Source: Schizochytrium sp. TIO01
Lineage: Eukaryota > Protista > Bigyra: Labyrinthulomycetes
Length of the DNA: 64,000 nt
Direction: 5' to 3'
Assembly: GCA_004764695.1 (NCBI GenBank)
Contig: SMSO01000025.1
Span: 62,001-126,000, forward strand
Positions within the stretch are counted from its first letter, which is position 1, and every line of letters starts with the position of its first letter. Of this stretch, positions 37,246-49,414 are shown piece after piece. Under the pieces are notes generated by a model. The model was not told the DNA's origin and ran no database searches. It saw nothing but the letters and a program-made list of their open reading frames with translations. The translations under genes were made by a program, and so were the position numbers.

Positions 37246-38199
37246 GTTGCCAGAGTTTACTGACAGCGAGTTTTCCTTCGTTCAATGGATAACAAGGATG
37301 AAGAGAGAAACCAACTCACACGTACTTTGACGTGCAAGCCAGAGGATTACAAGTTTTGTAGTAGTGCTTGGAGTTAACTTGTTCCTGCACGAACGGCGCT
37401 CAACTTCTATGTTTGCTTCGCACGAGATAGATTTGTATTAGCAGTACAACGGATAACTTTATTGGTCAAAGGTGACTGCAAAAGGATCTATGTTTATTAG
37501 GTAGCTACCTAATTACGCCTCGCCCGACAATTCGAAAGTCAGATTATTTCATTCAAGTCTCCTTCTCTCCTTCATTGCATTCTCAAATAGATCTCACCAA
37601 ACTAATTCGTTTGAGGGCTAAATCAGTGGAGGTATGATTGTTTTGGTAAAAGTTCATACTTTTCATTCAACCTTTGCTTTAGAGTTTTCTAGATCAAATA
37701 CTTGGTTTTGAACAGCCATTAGGTCTAAATAATAATGTGGATTAACATTTAAGGTACCCTATAATATAATTCAATAGAGATACTGATCTGCTGACTTTGG
37801 AGGTGATTACCAAGGTGAGCAGCATGCCTTGATGAAGGATTTGCCTTGGTGAAGGATTGCCCTGATCGACATGCCTTTAAAAAAAATAAAAAAAAAATAA
37901 AAATAAAGTTTTGATTTTACCTATTATATCTCCTAGAACAACCTATTTCACCTTTTCGTTTCTGCTTACTAGCTAGGAGAATTCTCCTGGCTTCACACAG
38001 AGGAATATCCTAGCCACAATCTCAATACACCGAACACACGGCATTTACTTCAAAAGTCAATCTTTGAACCCACGAATTTGACGAACATAGCAAACTAGTG
38101 GTGTTGCATCAGTGTTGTGTCAGCTTCTTATTTCTTACTCGTCTTAAAGCGCTCGAAATAGGTTTTCTTCGACTCGCGATTTTCTGATTTTCTCTCCTC

Positions 38200-38853
38200 A
38201 TGGCGGGGCTTGTGGATCCAGCTGCGACCATTGGCGGTCCAGGAGACGGTAGACCTGCGCTTCTGGCAACAACAGATCATTGTAAATTCTGCTTTGACGT
38301 GCTACTTGCCAAGCTGCAACGCAAGCCACTTCCAGAGCCGAGCTTTGCAAACAAGCACCTTCAGGCACCTCTTTTTGTTACGTGGACCAAACTCAATGGG
38401 GATCTTCGAGGCTGCATCGGAAACTTTTCCGATCTGGAGCTTGGGAAAGGAATTTCTGAGTACGCTCTAATTGCCGCACTGGAAGACCATCGCTTTGACC
38501 CAATACGTCTATCGGAGGTCCCTGGGCTTTCCGTAGGAGTGTCACTTCTTGTGAACTTTGAGAATGCCGACCATGCCCGCGATTGGGAGGTTGGAAAACA
38601 TGGAATTCGCATTTCCTTTCGCAACCCAGAGGACGGTCGGAATTGCAATGCTACTTTTCTGCCTGAGGTAGCTAAGGAGCAGCATTGGACAATTGACGAA
38701 ACGCTTGCCGCCCTCGTACGTAAAGCTGGCTGCCGTCTACCGCTCACTGAAGGTTTGGTACAGTCTATCAAATTGGTGCGTTACCAATCCTCCAAGGCGC
38801 ACTTGGCGTATCCAGAATTTCTTACCTACCAGAATAGTGCAACATCTTCCTGA
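38200..38853 (+). CDS. AMMECR1: AMMECR1-domain protein
   Basis: PLFVTW, LRGCIG, AALEDHRF, VSLL..FE, WEVGKHGI, ATFLPEVAKEQ, LVRKAG, RYQSSK. Confidence 0.93.
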   Translation: MAGLVDPAATIGGPGDGRPALLATTDHCKFCFDVLLAKLQRKPLPEPSFANKHLQAPLFVTWTKLNGDLRGCIGNFSDLELGKGISEYALIAALEDHRFDPIRLSEVPGLSVGVSLLVNFENADHARDWEVGKHGIRISFRNPEDGRNCNATFLPEVAKEQHWTIDETLAALVRKAGCRLPLTEGLVQSIKLVRYQSSKAHLAYPEFLTYQNSATSS

Positions 38854-39421
38854 CGAAAGATAAGTCAAAGCGATGTCCATAGTGTAAATCATCCTCGGTT
38901 ATGTCTATCCATGGAATAAATCTATTTAAAACGATGTAACCCTTCACATTGACTTTTTCTCCTTGCTTGGTACGCACACTTTGAGTCTGATTGATAAGCA
39001 GTTTGGCTAGATTGTGGCACAAGCGTCTACATGATAAAAGATATAGAAATTGAAAAGAAATTTGTTGTCATGACTCAACGTCATCGTTTAGGAAACTTTA
39101 AAAAATCAATGAAACAAACAGATGCTAAGATGCTTGCGAGTGCAAATATGCATGAAGCTCTTGCCATCATTGCGATACTCTTATTTCGTTTCGCAAATTA
39201 AGGTGGCGAATGTTGACAAGAACAAATTTGATAGTACAGCTGGCAGGGCATCCAAACGATCGCCATCTACAAACTTGCTCCAAAATAGCATCCTCATTAA
39301 CAACAATAGTAAGATTCAAAGAAGAACAACAAGCCTTGTATATAGTCACTGTATGGTGGGTTTAGAACATCAATTTGGGGGGGGGGGGGGGGGTATGTGT
39401 TCTCCCTACGATGATAACCAA

Positions 39422-41428
39422 TTAAATGAAGAGGTATATGAGCGTAAAGAGGAGCACGACCAAATTTATGACCCAAAGCGCTACCATAGGCTTAATATTA
39501 CCCTCAACACTAAAGGCATCTCGGGTAATGACTTCCTCTTCATTTTCAGGAGGAAACGCCGTGTACAACGAAAAGTGTTTTAGTTTGTGATCCTTCATTT
39601 GCCAACGCTCATCAAGCCAACCGGCAGTACCGCCCGGATGTAAGAGAACGTCCTTTGGGTCAAAGCGTACAATGTTCATATGAATGTCTGTTGAAGCTGA
39701 GGCACTCAGAAGGTTGCGGTAGGAAGGGACAAGACGGTTCTTGTATAACTCACGTTCGTTGTCGGCGACTTCATCAGAGTAGCCTTCATAAGCTATCGTG
39801 ACATCGTAGATCTCTACCTGTTTATCCTCAAGAGCTTCCAGGGCTGCAATAAGTTCGTTTGCGTCGGGTAAAAGCAGCGTGTCAAGTTCGGGACGACCAG
39901 GTTCCTCGAGGCGCTGCTCCTGGATCGCATCTTTGGTTGCCCAGCCTCGTTCGGGAAAGATCAGGGACCACTCATAGGCACGATCTGCATGAAGAGCACG
40001 GTAGTGGCGTGCGACGTTCTTGCGATCCTTCATTTCGCGATCCTCCTTCGAGCGCCGCGATAAAAACGTAAAGCCAAAGAGCTCAAACAAAGAACCCAGA
40101 CCTAGGAGAGCTACACGCTCTCGCAGACTAAGAAAGGCCTTCACGTTTCCTTGTGCGTCCTCAAGCGCCTTGGCAACGAACATCATATAGATCACGTCAG
40201 CCTCACAAGCAGAGTTCATCAAAAAAATACGTGTCACCTTTTCAGAGGGTAAAGAGCGTCGCCTTGAACTCCGCCTACTGCTTGTGCTGTGGCGTTTGGA
40301 ATGACGCGAGGAGCGACGCAGGTTGGCAGGTTTAGGTACATCACCACTGAGGTGGAAAAGTTGCGGAGGTAGCAGCCAAACAATTGCGTCGACCCAAATA
40401 GTCTGAAGCCTGGTTGCAGTAGCACGTCTAAAAGTGGACGGCGCAGAGACAGCTTTAAGAGCAGATTTGACGATGCCACCTACCATATTGATAGAAAGCG
40501 ATGCCGCAATAGCTCCAGCAGTACGTCCAAGTGTCTCCAAAGGCTTTTCAGCCTTCTGTTTAGCCTCACGGTTGTTCCGTGTCCACATTTCCTCAGCTTC
40601 GAAATATAGTCTAGATTTATTCCTGCGTCCCAAACGATGCCCTGTGCTTTGCCGCTGCAGCGCGGGGCCGTCGTCAATAGCTGTGTTGTACTCACGAAGC
40701 TGAGTAAAGGATGACTTGGGTTTGGTGGACTGGCTAACTTGAATGGCCTTATTTATGGAATTGACCCATTCGCGAGCCTCTTCCATCGTATTCGCCCGAA
40801 ATACGAGAACCTCGTCTCTGAAGGTGACTTTGGAAGGGTTCATGTGATCTAGAGAGTCCTCCTCGAAATCACTGTCCCCGCCGAAACTGAAAGAGAACTC
40901 GCCATCTTCCTGCTCCTTCTGACGTAAGGGGGACCGCGTGGCAACTTCCTCCCGCTCCCGTGCGGTCCAAGTGATGGCAAATTCGGGTTCGCCATCTACA
41001 GGGACAACATGTTTGATGCTGTTGAGCATGATCTCCATACGTTGTGAAGTCACCTCAAGATTCTGCACAATGACCTTTTCGTTGTCGATGAAAACTGTGT
41101 TCAAAGCCCATTCGCCAATGACCTTGTGGAAAATCTTGTCACGTTTGCGTTGCCGAAGTCCTACGCGACGCCTTGTCCGGAGCTGACCTGATTTGATCAC
41201 AGATCGTGCAAGTACCTGCATTTTTCTCTCAAAGAGCTCTTCCGGCGTGAGACCTGTGCCAGCACCTGGGCTTACCTCCTCGACGGACTCATCGTCCGAG
41301 TCATAGTACGCTCCATCGACCTCGTGCGCCATGAAATCCTGGACAACCACGCCACGGTCCACTCCAACGATGCCCGCCTTGCGAGCCTTAAACGTTCTGC
41401 TCTCGCTGCAACAATCACAACTCCTCAC
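39422..41428 (-). CDS. PH-domain protein fused to a degenerate LCLAT1/AGPAT-type acyltransferase domain with C-terminal TM helix
   Basis: PH C-terminus LVFRANTMEEAREWVNSINKAI. Acyltransferase-like FTFLSR, LIFPERG, LDTLLLP, IYDVTIAY, WLDERWQMKD. Confidence 0.78.
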   Translation of the reverse strand: MRSCDCCSESRTFKARKAGIVGVDRGVVVQDFMAHEVDGAYYDSDDESVEEVSPGAGTGLTPEELFERKMQVLARSVIKSGQLRTRRRVGLRQRKRDKIFHKVIGEWALNTVFIDNEKVIVQNLEVTSQRMEIMLNSIKHVVPVDGEPEFAITWTAREREEVATRSPLRQKEQEDGEFSFSFGGDSDFEEDSLDHMNPSKVTFRDEVLVFRANTMEEAREWVNSINKAIQVSQSTKPKSSFTQLREYNTAIDDGPALQRQSTGHRLGRRNKSRLYFEAEEMWTRNNREAKQKAEKPLETLGRTAGAIAASLSINMVGGIVKSALKAVSAPSTFRRATATRLQTIWVDAIVWLLPPQLFHLSGDVPKPANLRRSSRHSKRHSTSSRRSSRRRSLPSEKVTRIFLMNSACEADVIYMMFVAKALEDAQGNVKAFLSLRERVALLGLGSLFELFGFTFLSRRSKEDREMKDRKNVARHYRALHADRAYEWSLIFPERGWATKDAIQEQRLEEPGRPELDTLLLPDANELIAALEALEDKQVEIYDVTIAYEGYSDEVADNERELYKNRLVPSYRNLLSASASTDIHMNIVRFDPKDVLLHPGGTAGWLDERWQMKDHKLKHFSLYTAFPPENEEEVITRDAFSVEGNIKPMVALWVINLVVLLFTLIYLFI

Positions 41429-44400
41429 TCGATGCCACAGCAGAAATCGTAATTACTCACTCCTTCGCTTACACTCGTTCACAACACCCATCTTTATTGA
41501 GATCGATCGATAGCTTTGCACCTACCATAAACCATAGTAGTTGTAGTCGCGCACACCCAGCCGCCCACCCACTCAGTGTGTCTTTTTTGGTTAATAGCAG
41601 ATTCCATAGCCTTTCGATAGATAACACCTCCTCAAGTTTAACTTCGAAAACACTCCTTCATACTGGAATCGCTCAGGCTCGAAAATCTTGAACGTAATCG
41701 ACCACAAAGACCTCGAGGCACCTGACATGATGGCTGTAAAGTGCGAGCATGTGCTGGTAGCCGGGCTACTACTCTTGTGAAAACCAAGGTAGGTAGGTAG
41801 CAAAGTAAGGTACGTACCTACCCTACCTGCATACCTTCCTTTCGAGTTACCCACGAGGTACCTACCTACCTACCTCTTCAAGCTGATGCTTTCTCACTGC
41901 CATGGTAAGTACGGTACTAAATTAGTTTAGATTTTCTGCTTCAGGCTTGTTTGTTTTCATAAACTACACAGTAGTAGGTCTTCTTGATGTGCACGCGCGG
42001 GTCAGCAGTTCTGCTGGTAATATTAGAAATAGAAACTTCATCAAGACTATTGCATGCTTGGCACGGGAATAAACTTTCAAGTCTTTGGGTGATCCATTCA
42101 TCCATTCGGGTCGTTTCGATAGTTCGTAGGAGGCGCCAGCACCAAGGTTCTGAGCGAGCGAGCGAGTGAAGGAAGGAAAGAAAGCCCAAAGAGACAGAGG
42201 CATCCCATGATGCCAATATCCACCGGCCGGCCGAATATTCTTGTAGAGCTCTTTCTGAGCAGCAGAGAATTAACTTCTGAAGGAGTGTGCGGAAGGATCG
42301 ATTGCTGTCCTAGAGCTGGCTGGATTTATATTATAATTCATTCGTTTTGTTTCAGACTAGCTCTAGAGAACACAGCGGCGCTGGAAGGGTGGTGCAACAA
42401 ATACCATAAGCGGCCACGCGCGTGCACTAGTCAATACTTATGGGCCAGTAGGAAATAGTTACATATGGTATGGGTAGAAGTAGTAGAAGGTAGGTAGTCC
42501 TTCAGGTACTACTTTTGTAGTAGTACCTACCTAGTAGACCACGAGATCATTCTTGCTTCCGCATCTTTGGGTACTGACCTCGGCAAAACAGATTTAATCT
42601 GAAGTTAAACTTGAAGTTGGCATCGGCAGCTTGTAGAGGAACATTCTTTTCACTCTACAGCTAAAAAGAAAGGATACTGACTGTGACGCCTTGAATTGTT
42701 AAGTGCAAGGTCAGATCGATCTTGAGTCCTGGGAATAACACTGGGACCATGGGTAACAAAATAGCTGTAAGTATTGGGCCTTCGTTGGCATGAGGTTAGC
42801 GAAGTTGGCAAGATCGAACACGAAGATTGAAAAGCTGGCATAGAAGTCAAACAAATTGAAAGAATTCAACATTAGCCACCTTCGTATCAGTCATTCAGAC
42901 AATGAACATCACGAGCCGCAAACATCCAACTTTTTTTCATGCTGACTGAACGGTGACTTCAATTTCGAAGCTCCCTCCTTCCGCTATGAACAGGAGTTCT
43001 TTTATGTTAGCAGTTTGGCATGACACAAAGATATTATCTTAGGTACATGGTCCTGATGATTTCTCAGGCCTAGAGGGCTGCCTGATTGTCAAGGTACAGT
43101 ACGTTGGATACAAAGCGATAGAACGAATAACTGGACGCATCTGTATCGGTGAGATCAGCAGGGTACGGTACTCGCGTTCTCTCTCTCTCTCTCTCTCAGC
43201 AGCTCTCAAAGCATAGATAATTTATTGACTAGGCTGAAAGGTTGCCAGAGCAGAAACATTGCACAACAACATTGTATGTTTGGGCGTATCTAGTATGGGA
43301 TAAACGTTTCGCATTTTGTGACATCCTCAATCACCATACCTACCTATGCCGACTTGCGTAAGTGAACACGATCGTAGAGAGAATTGATGCGTTCAAACCT
43401 TCTGCTCTACAAGAGCCCATTTTATGAAGGGGGAAACTCATGATATAGGCTTTTTTTAGTTCAATGGAATCGACACTGTACCCACAATTGCAATTAAGAA
43501 AATGATGCAAGGTCTTTTATTCGTAGTAACAACCACCATGCTCAGACTGGAGGTTGCGACCCTGGCCTTTGACAAATGCGATGCCAATGAGAACAAGGAT
43601 CAGAGGAGAAGTAAGGACGCATGTGTTAAATGAACATGTGCGAATTGAAACTTTTGAGACAATACCAGGATTTCCATTCACAAGCAGAAGTATCTAATCC
43701 TGACATCAAAGTTTGTGCAAATGTTGCGTGTGAGCATTGACACGCAAATTTGAAAGAGATGAGCCAAAGATACTGTATCTTTAGAGACCGTATTCCTTGA
43801 AGTTTAAGAGGCATAGGAATACAAACAAATCAATATATATCCATCTGAATCACATTTCATATGGAATTTGATATTCTGCTTAAGTAGCTGCACTTTAGCT
43901 GGCCAGGGTTTCCATGTGCATCCAAGCATCGAATTGTACTACTACTCACACTTAAAAAAAGGGATATTGAAATTTTGGAGTAAATATTTTCAACATCTTC
44001 CACGCCATCAACAAATCGATCAAACACTATATGAGGGTAAGAACTTGCTTAGGGCGTAGCCTGAGAAGGACCCACGGTATTCGCTCTTGCCGTGCAAAGG
44101 CAAAAGACAAAAGACAAACTACATGATATTGGCTCGTTTCCTGAAATTATTGGGGACCCGGCCCTGTTGTTACATCAAAGTCTTCACTCCCCCTGCGCGA
44201 AATCCTCTCTTCTCACTCATTCATGTCCCATCTCTGCATACAATGTATGACTTTGACTTTGCTCTAGCTAGAGAACATCAAAATAAGTGCCTGCTAGAAA
44301 TCTACAGCGCTGTGCTAATTAAGCAGCGCCCCGAAGAAATATCCTTTCTAAATAGCCACAACTCACCCGTCCACTCCAGCTTGAGCACTGGCAGGAGTAA

Positions 44401-46436
44401 CTTTTAAAGCAAAAAGACCGCCACAATACAGCAGCAGGTACCCACTTAGTAAGGTGCTACCTACGTGGTACAAGACGCCTTACTCAAGATCTGTTCACGT
44501 GACGATGCCAATCATGTACTTGCTCTGGGCCAAGCAAAAAGATTTCCAAAAGAGCCGCAAGCCATGCGAGGACAGCGCTTTGTTCCTATCGACTCAACTC
44601 CACTAGCTAGACCAAGCGCAGAGAGCTTTTCTAAATAAGAACTTGAGGGTACCCAGCAGCGGCTAGCTTTTGATTGATATGACGTACCGGAACAACTTAG
44701 CCTTCCACGCGTGCCAATCAAAACGCAGTCCCGATCTCTAGATTGTCCCCGTGCCAATTTGCAGAAGTGGGCAGTATTACAGTAATGTACGGCAGGAATC
44801 AGGCCCGCTGCCACCAAGAAGCGTGAGTGCCAGGACTTGAAGTCGAATCTCATGATAACTTCATGATCAATCATTCTACTAAACCCGGCCAAATGCCTAG
44901 CTAACCTACCTGTCAAGTACAAGTGATCATGATAATCTGCGGGGACATACAGACATTCGAAGCCACCTAATATTCGCATGAGTTATCCTCAAATCATAAT
45001 CATCCTTGTAAGTTCGCGCGACTTTGAGTTTGCTCCTCCGTCTGTGCTATCTATCTATTATGGTACTTAAGTGTACTCTTTTTCTGTTTCTTTTCATTTT
45101 CTTTCTTTTTTTCATTTCATTTTCGTTTCCCTTTTCATTTTCTTTTTCGTTTTCTGTTGTTTTTTCTGATATCAGGCGCCTTCCTTCCAGAGTACCCCTA
45201 CAGGTGCGTCTACCTTGGAAAGATCCCTACAGCTCATGAAAATGGCGTTACCCTATTGAACTTTGAGCCCACGCCCACTACTGCCTCTCCTTTTTACAAT
45301 CGAATCCTCAGCTCCATCCTGCAAAGAAAGAAGACAAGACAAGAGAAGAGAGAGCCTAAATCACAATTTAGGCTATCTAGGCACTAGCAGGTGCTAGGCA
45401 GCACCCTCTTCCTAGTGACCCTTGCAAGAGCCAGGCCTCGAGTGTTTAAGAGTTCTCTTCAAGAGTGTTCAACAACTCATCAGCATCTCTTCGAAGCCTC
45501 GTTCGTATCCCTCGTCCGTGACAGACACGCAGTCAGTCAGTCAGTCAGTCAGCTAACCAGACAGCCTAATGCCTCCCGAGTTCCTGCGTGTGTGATGATC
45601 GATCATCCGCTGAATCGATTGATTGATCGATTGATGATCGATTGATTGCATTGGCACGGTCCTCGATGCAAGCAATCTTACAAGTGCTTCAAGTTCATCG
45701 CATTCATGCATGCATGTGCATAACCCATGTATGGCGCATATAACCCTCCCAATTCAATTCCATCGCCATGATACCCGGAGCCTTCAGAAGGCATGCATGC
45801 ATAACCAACCAGCTTGAAGACGGTGACTGACTGACCTTCCTTCCGGCACATGCACGTGATTGCAGCTTTGCCAATGAGTTATTGGTCCATTGGGCACTCG
45901 CTTTCAAGGCCATAAGGTTACCTCTGCGTCGAATTGGGCTCGAGATGAAGAAGCCAATTCATTCATTCGCTCATGCATTACACTTAGAAGTAGCGCACAG
46001 CTAGCAGACAGATACGGAGTTAGTCGAAAGCTGGGGAAGTTAAAGGCGGCAGAACTAACTAACTAGACTCGTTGCAAGATTGGAGCACTTGGCGGTGGCA
46101 CCAGCAGATCTGAAGAGCAGTGCAGACTCGAGGGAGGATGGCTTCCTTCCTAAACAAGGGACGCCGAATGTCTTGAAGCTTCGAGTTCATAGAACTAGCT
46201 TGCTTGCCTAGTTCAGAGGATCGTGTGCAGAGGACCTACTCGTAGAAGGTTGTAGGTGAAGGTTGTAGATGAAGGTTGTAGAAGAAGGTTGTAGAAGAAG
46301 AAGAAGAAGTGGTAGAACTGTACAGGTGTAATGTTTGTGGCCCGTGGGGGTACTCGACCTGTACATCCTATAGTGCCGATAATGGAATGCTCAACTCTTA
46401 AGTGTGACACCGAGTTGATCAAAAGAGGGCACTCTA

Positions 46437-46475
46437 TTTTTTTCTTTTCTTTTCTTTTCTTTTCTTTTCTTTTTT
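46437..46475. repeat. (TTTTC)n microsatellite
   Basis: Direct reading. Confidence 0.85.
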
Positions 46476-46765
46476 CAATAAAGTGCATTCTCAAGTAGGT
46501 GTAGCAAATGAACTCTTAGCAGCCAGCCTTCTAAAGATTTGATGGTGTTTTGCTTCGCTTGAGAATTGTTGACGCTTGGGTCTGTTTGTACTTAGCTAGC
46601 ATCTATTCAACTTGCATATGGTACTACAATTCGAATCGAAAACTAATGCTGCCCGCGAAAACCAAGCAAACCTGAAATACCTTCAGGCTCAGCGTACGTC
46701 GATACCGCTGTGCAGAAAAGCAGCATCGAGGAAGACTAGTACGTGGAGTACACAGTAGGGGTACA

Positions 46766-49414
46766 ATGCGCTATCTATCGGTCACCGTGCTCCTAGCACT
46801 TGTGGCAATTACAAAGGCAGCTGAGCTTTCCGCAACAAATCTCACTGCAATTGGCACAAATGCCACAGCAAAAATCGTCAATGGCATTACGGCAAACGCC
46901 GAGACTACGGAATGGGTCGTAAGCCTTCGGACGATGAGCGACTTTCATTTCTGTGGTGGATCTTTAATTGCTCCTGGATGGGTTCTTACTGCTGGCCACT
47001 GCGCAGATCGTATACGTATCCCAGGGCCCCTTTCAGACTCTCACTATGTTACGAACACCTATGCCTACATTGGGCAACACGTTCTCCACGGCCCGATAGA
47101 CCCTTCCCGTCAAGCGCGTCGTGTTGTTGAAGTTTACATTCACCCACAATTTGACCCTGATGAGCTCACCTATGATGTTGCCCTTCTTCGGCTCGACCGT
47201 GATGTGGAGGGTGTCACACCAGTGAATATTCTTCATGCTGACGAATTAGAAATTGAAGGGCTCATGCTCACCGTGACTGGATGGGGTACCGAAGATGCAG
47301 TCATTGTAAAAAGGAGAGACAAAACTGGCAAACTAGTTATTGTCAATGATAATGAGCGCGGTGAAAGCAAAAAAAAACATTCCAAAGTCCAGGTGCAAAA
47401 TGATACTGATACTGATTCTCTTTCCGAAGATTATGGCGATGATAACGACAATGATGATACAAAAGACAGCAAGTATTACGGCATTGAATACTGGTCAAGC
47501 TTCTACTACTCCTCTGAGCTGAGCGTGAGAACCCTTAAAAGCGCCACGGTCCCCTTTGTACCGTACAAGGCGTGTACTCGGTCAGGCTCATACCAAAAGT
47601 CAGATATATCCAAACAGACAATGATTTGCGCTGGTTATATTGAAGGAGGCACGGATTCATGTCAAGGAGATAGCGGTGGACCTTTGTATCTAGACGGTGG
47701 AGCAGGCAACCAGTTCCTTGTTGGCACTGTATCTTGGGGTTACGGATGCGCATCTCCAAAATACTATGGTGTATATGGTCGCGTATCTGCATTTGCTTCT
47801 TGGATTCAAAGCTACGTATCAGAGGGTCTTAAGACAGGAGACGTCCCAGCTGCATTGCTCGTTGTAAGCCCAACACCAAAGCCAACGTCTCCACCAAAGT
47901 ATAGTTCCAAGGTCATTGCAAAATCCAAGCATGTCAGACTAATGGGTTCAAACCCTGGTTATTTGTTTGTCAAAACGAAGGGCTCTAGTTCCTTTCGTTC
48001 GGCTTTAGCTGATACACGCTTCAGTGATACAGAAGCACGTGTCGCATGCAGAGAACTAGGATTCAGTGATGGTTTGTACCGCTGGGATCTTCACAATGAC
48101 TTCGAAAAACTACCCTCCAAGATTAGTACATTTAGTGCACCATTTCGCTGCAAAGGCAACGAGTCAAGTTTGCTCGATTGTCCCCTCGGAACTCTACCCT
48201 CAGACTATTATTGGACTGTTTATTATGATGAACAATACCCAGCCATAATAGAATGCGTCGCAACCCAAGTTCCGACCCGCGCGCCAGTCGCTCTGGAAAT
48301 TCCCATTTCGTCAACATCCGCGGATATACTTGCGCAGAGCGAAACTACTCGTCTGCGCATAGTCTCCGAGATCTATCCTGAACTCGCACTTTTAGAAGTG
48401 GCCAAGGATGGGGAGTGGGGAATTGTGTGTCCTACGAACTGGAGAGGAGACATTGGAACCAAGGCAAAAAACGTTGCTTGTAGGGACCTTGGATACCTTG
48501 GGGGGTCGTATTTTAGTTTTGTTCCATCTGACTCCACCGTCACATCGTCGGTCAATGTGGCATACGGTGATATTATCTGTGACGGTTCAGAGCCAAATCT
48601 TTTGGCATGCGAGATTCGGGTGTCCACTGAGTGCGACCCCCTCACCGATGCAGTTTACGTAGAATGCTATAATGAGACTGATTCCCCAACGCCAGCTCCT
48701 ACTCAGATGGTCACAATACAAGAGAAAAGAAAAGTTTATGCTTCATCCAAAAAAACGCGTCTGATGTATGGCAATCCTGGTGTGCTCGAGTATCGCGAAA
48801 ATAAGTGGGGAAGTGTTTGCGAGACGAACTTCACTCTCGTCGACCGAGATGTTGCTTGCCACTCTTTTGACCTTGGTGATTCTGCACGCATGGACCTCGG
48901 TAGGATTCCTGTGGGCTTGCAATCACTATCATCAGCGTTGTCAATTCGCACAAGTGACTTTGAGTGTAACGGTTCAGAAACTTCGCTTACTAAATGTACT
49001 CATACGACTGAACCTTGTGAAGAGGCTTACACCGTACTGGAATGCCTCGAATCTGAACGACCTGCTGCTGTTACCAAATTGGTACTTTCCGAACCTACAA
49101 CTGACTCCGAAGATACCACACTAAGCAGCGGTATCTTGACTATTTCTCTAGATGGCGGAGAAAGCTTCGGTCTTGTGTGCGATGATTTCTTTTCTTTCAA
49201 GGAGGCTAATGTAGCCTGTCGGTCTATGGGCTTTGATGGCGCATCAGATTACGAAACTACGGTTGCACATGTAGACTACTCTATTATCATGGACGATCTA
49301 GATTGCGTTGGAACTGAAACAGATTTGGGTGCATGCGTATATACCAGCGATCATGACTGTGGTTATTACGAAGCAGTCAACTTAACGTGCGCTTTTGTTA
49401 GTGCTGATAGATAG
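46766..49414 (+). CDS. Secreted trypsin-like (S1A) serine protease with four C-terminal SRCR domains
   Basis: Signal peptide, K|IVNG activation site, and triad motifs LTAGHC, YDVALL and GDSGGP, with S1 Asp in TDSCQG. Four SRCR repeats (WG.VC...VAC..LG...C.G.E..L..C) separated by PT-rich linkers. Confidence 0.93.
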   Translation: MRYLSVTVLLALVAITKAAELSATNLTAIGTNATAKIVNGITANAETTEWVVSLRTMSDFHFCGGSLIAPGWVLTAGHCADRIRIPGPLSDSHYVTNTYAYIGQHVLHGPIDPSRQARRVVEVYIHPQFDPDELTYDVALLRLDRDVEGVTPVNILHADELEIEGLMLTVTGWGTEDAVIVKRRDKTGKLVIVNDNERGESKKKHSKVQVQNDTDTDSLSEDYGDDNDNDDTKDSKYYGIEYWSSFYYSSELSVRTLKSATVPFVPYKACTRSGSYQKSDISKQTMICAGYIEGGTDSCQGDSGGPLYLDGGAGNQFLVGTVSWGYGCASPKYYGVYGRVSAFASWIQSYVSEGLKTGDVPAALLVVSPTPKPTSPPKYSSKVIAKSKHVRLMGSNPGYLFVKTKGSSSFRSALADTRFSDTEARVACRELGFSDGLYRWDLHNDFEKLPSKISTFSAPFRCKGNESSLLDCPLGTLPSDYYWTVYYDEQYPAIIECVATQVPTRAPVALEIPISSTSADILAQSETTRLRIVSEIYPELALLEVAKDGEWGIVCPTNWRGDIGTKAKNVACRDLGYLGGSYFSFVPSDSTVTSSVNVAYGDIICDGSEPNLLACEIRVSTECDPLTDAVYVECYNETDSPTPAPTQMVTIQEKRKVYASSKKTRLMYGNPGVLEYRENKWGSVCETNFTLVDRDVACHSFDLGDSARMDLGRIPVGLQSLSSALSIRTSDFECNGSETSLTKCTHTTEPCEEAYTVLECLESERPAAVTKLVLSEPTTDSEDTTLSSGILTISLDGGESFGLVCDDFFSFKEANVACRSMGFDGASDYETTVAHVDYSIIMDDLDCVGTETDLGACVYTSDHDCGYYEAVNLTCAFVSADR

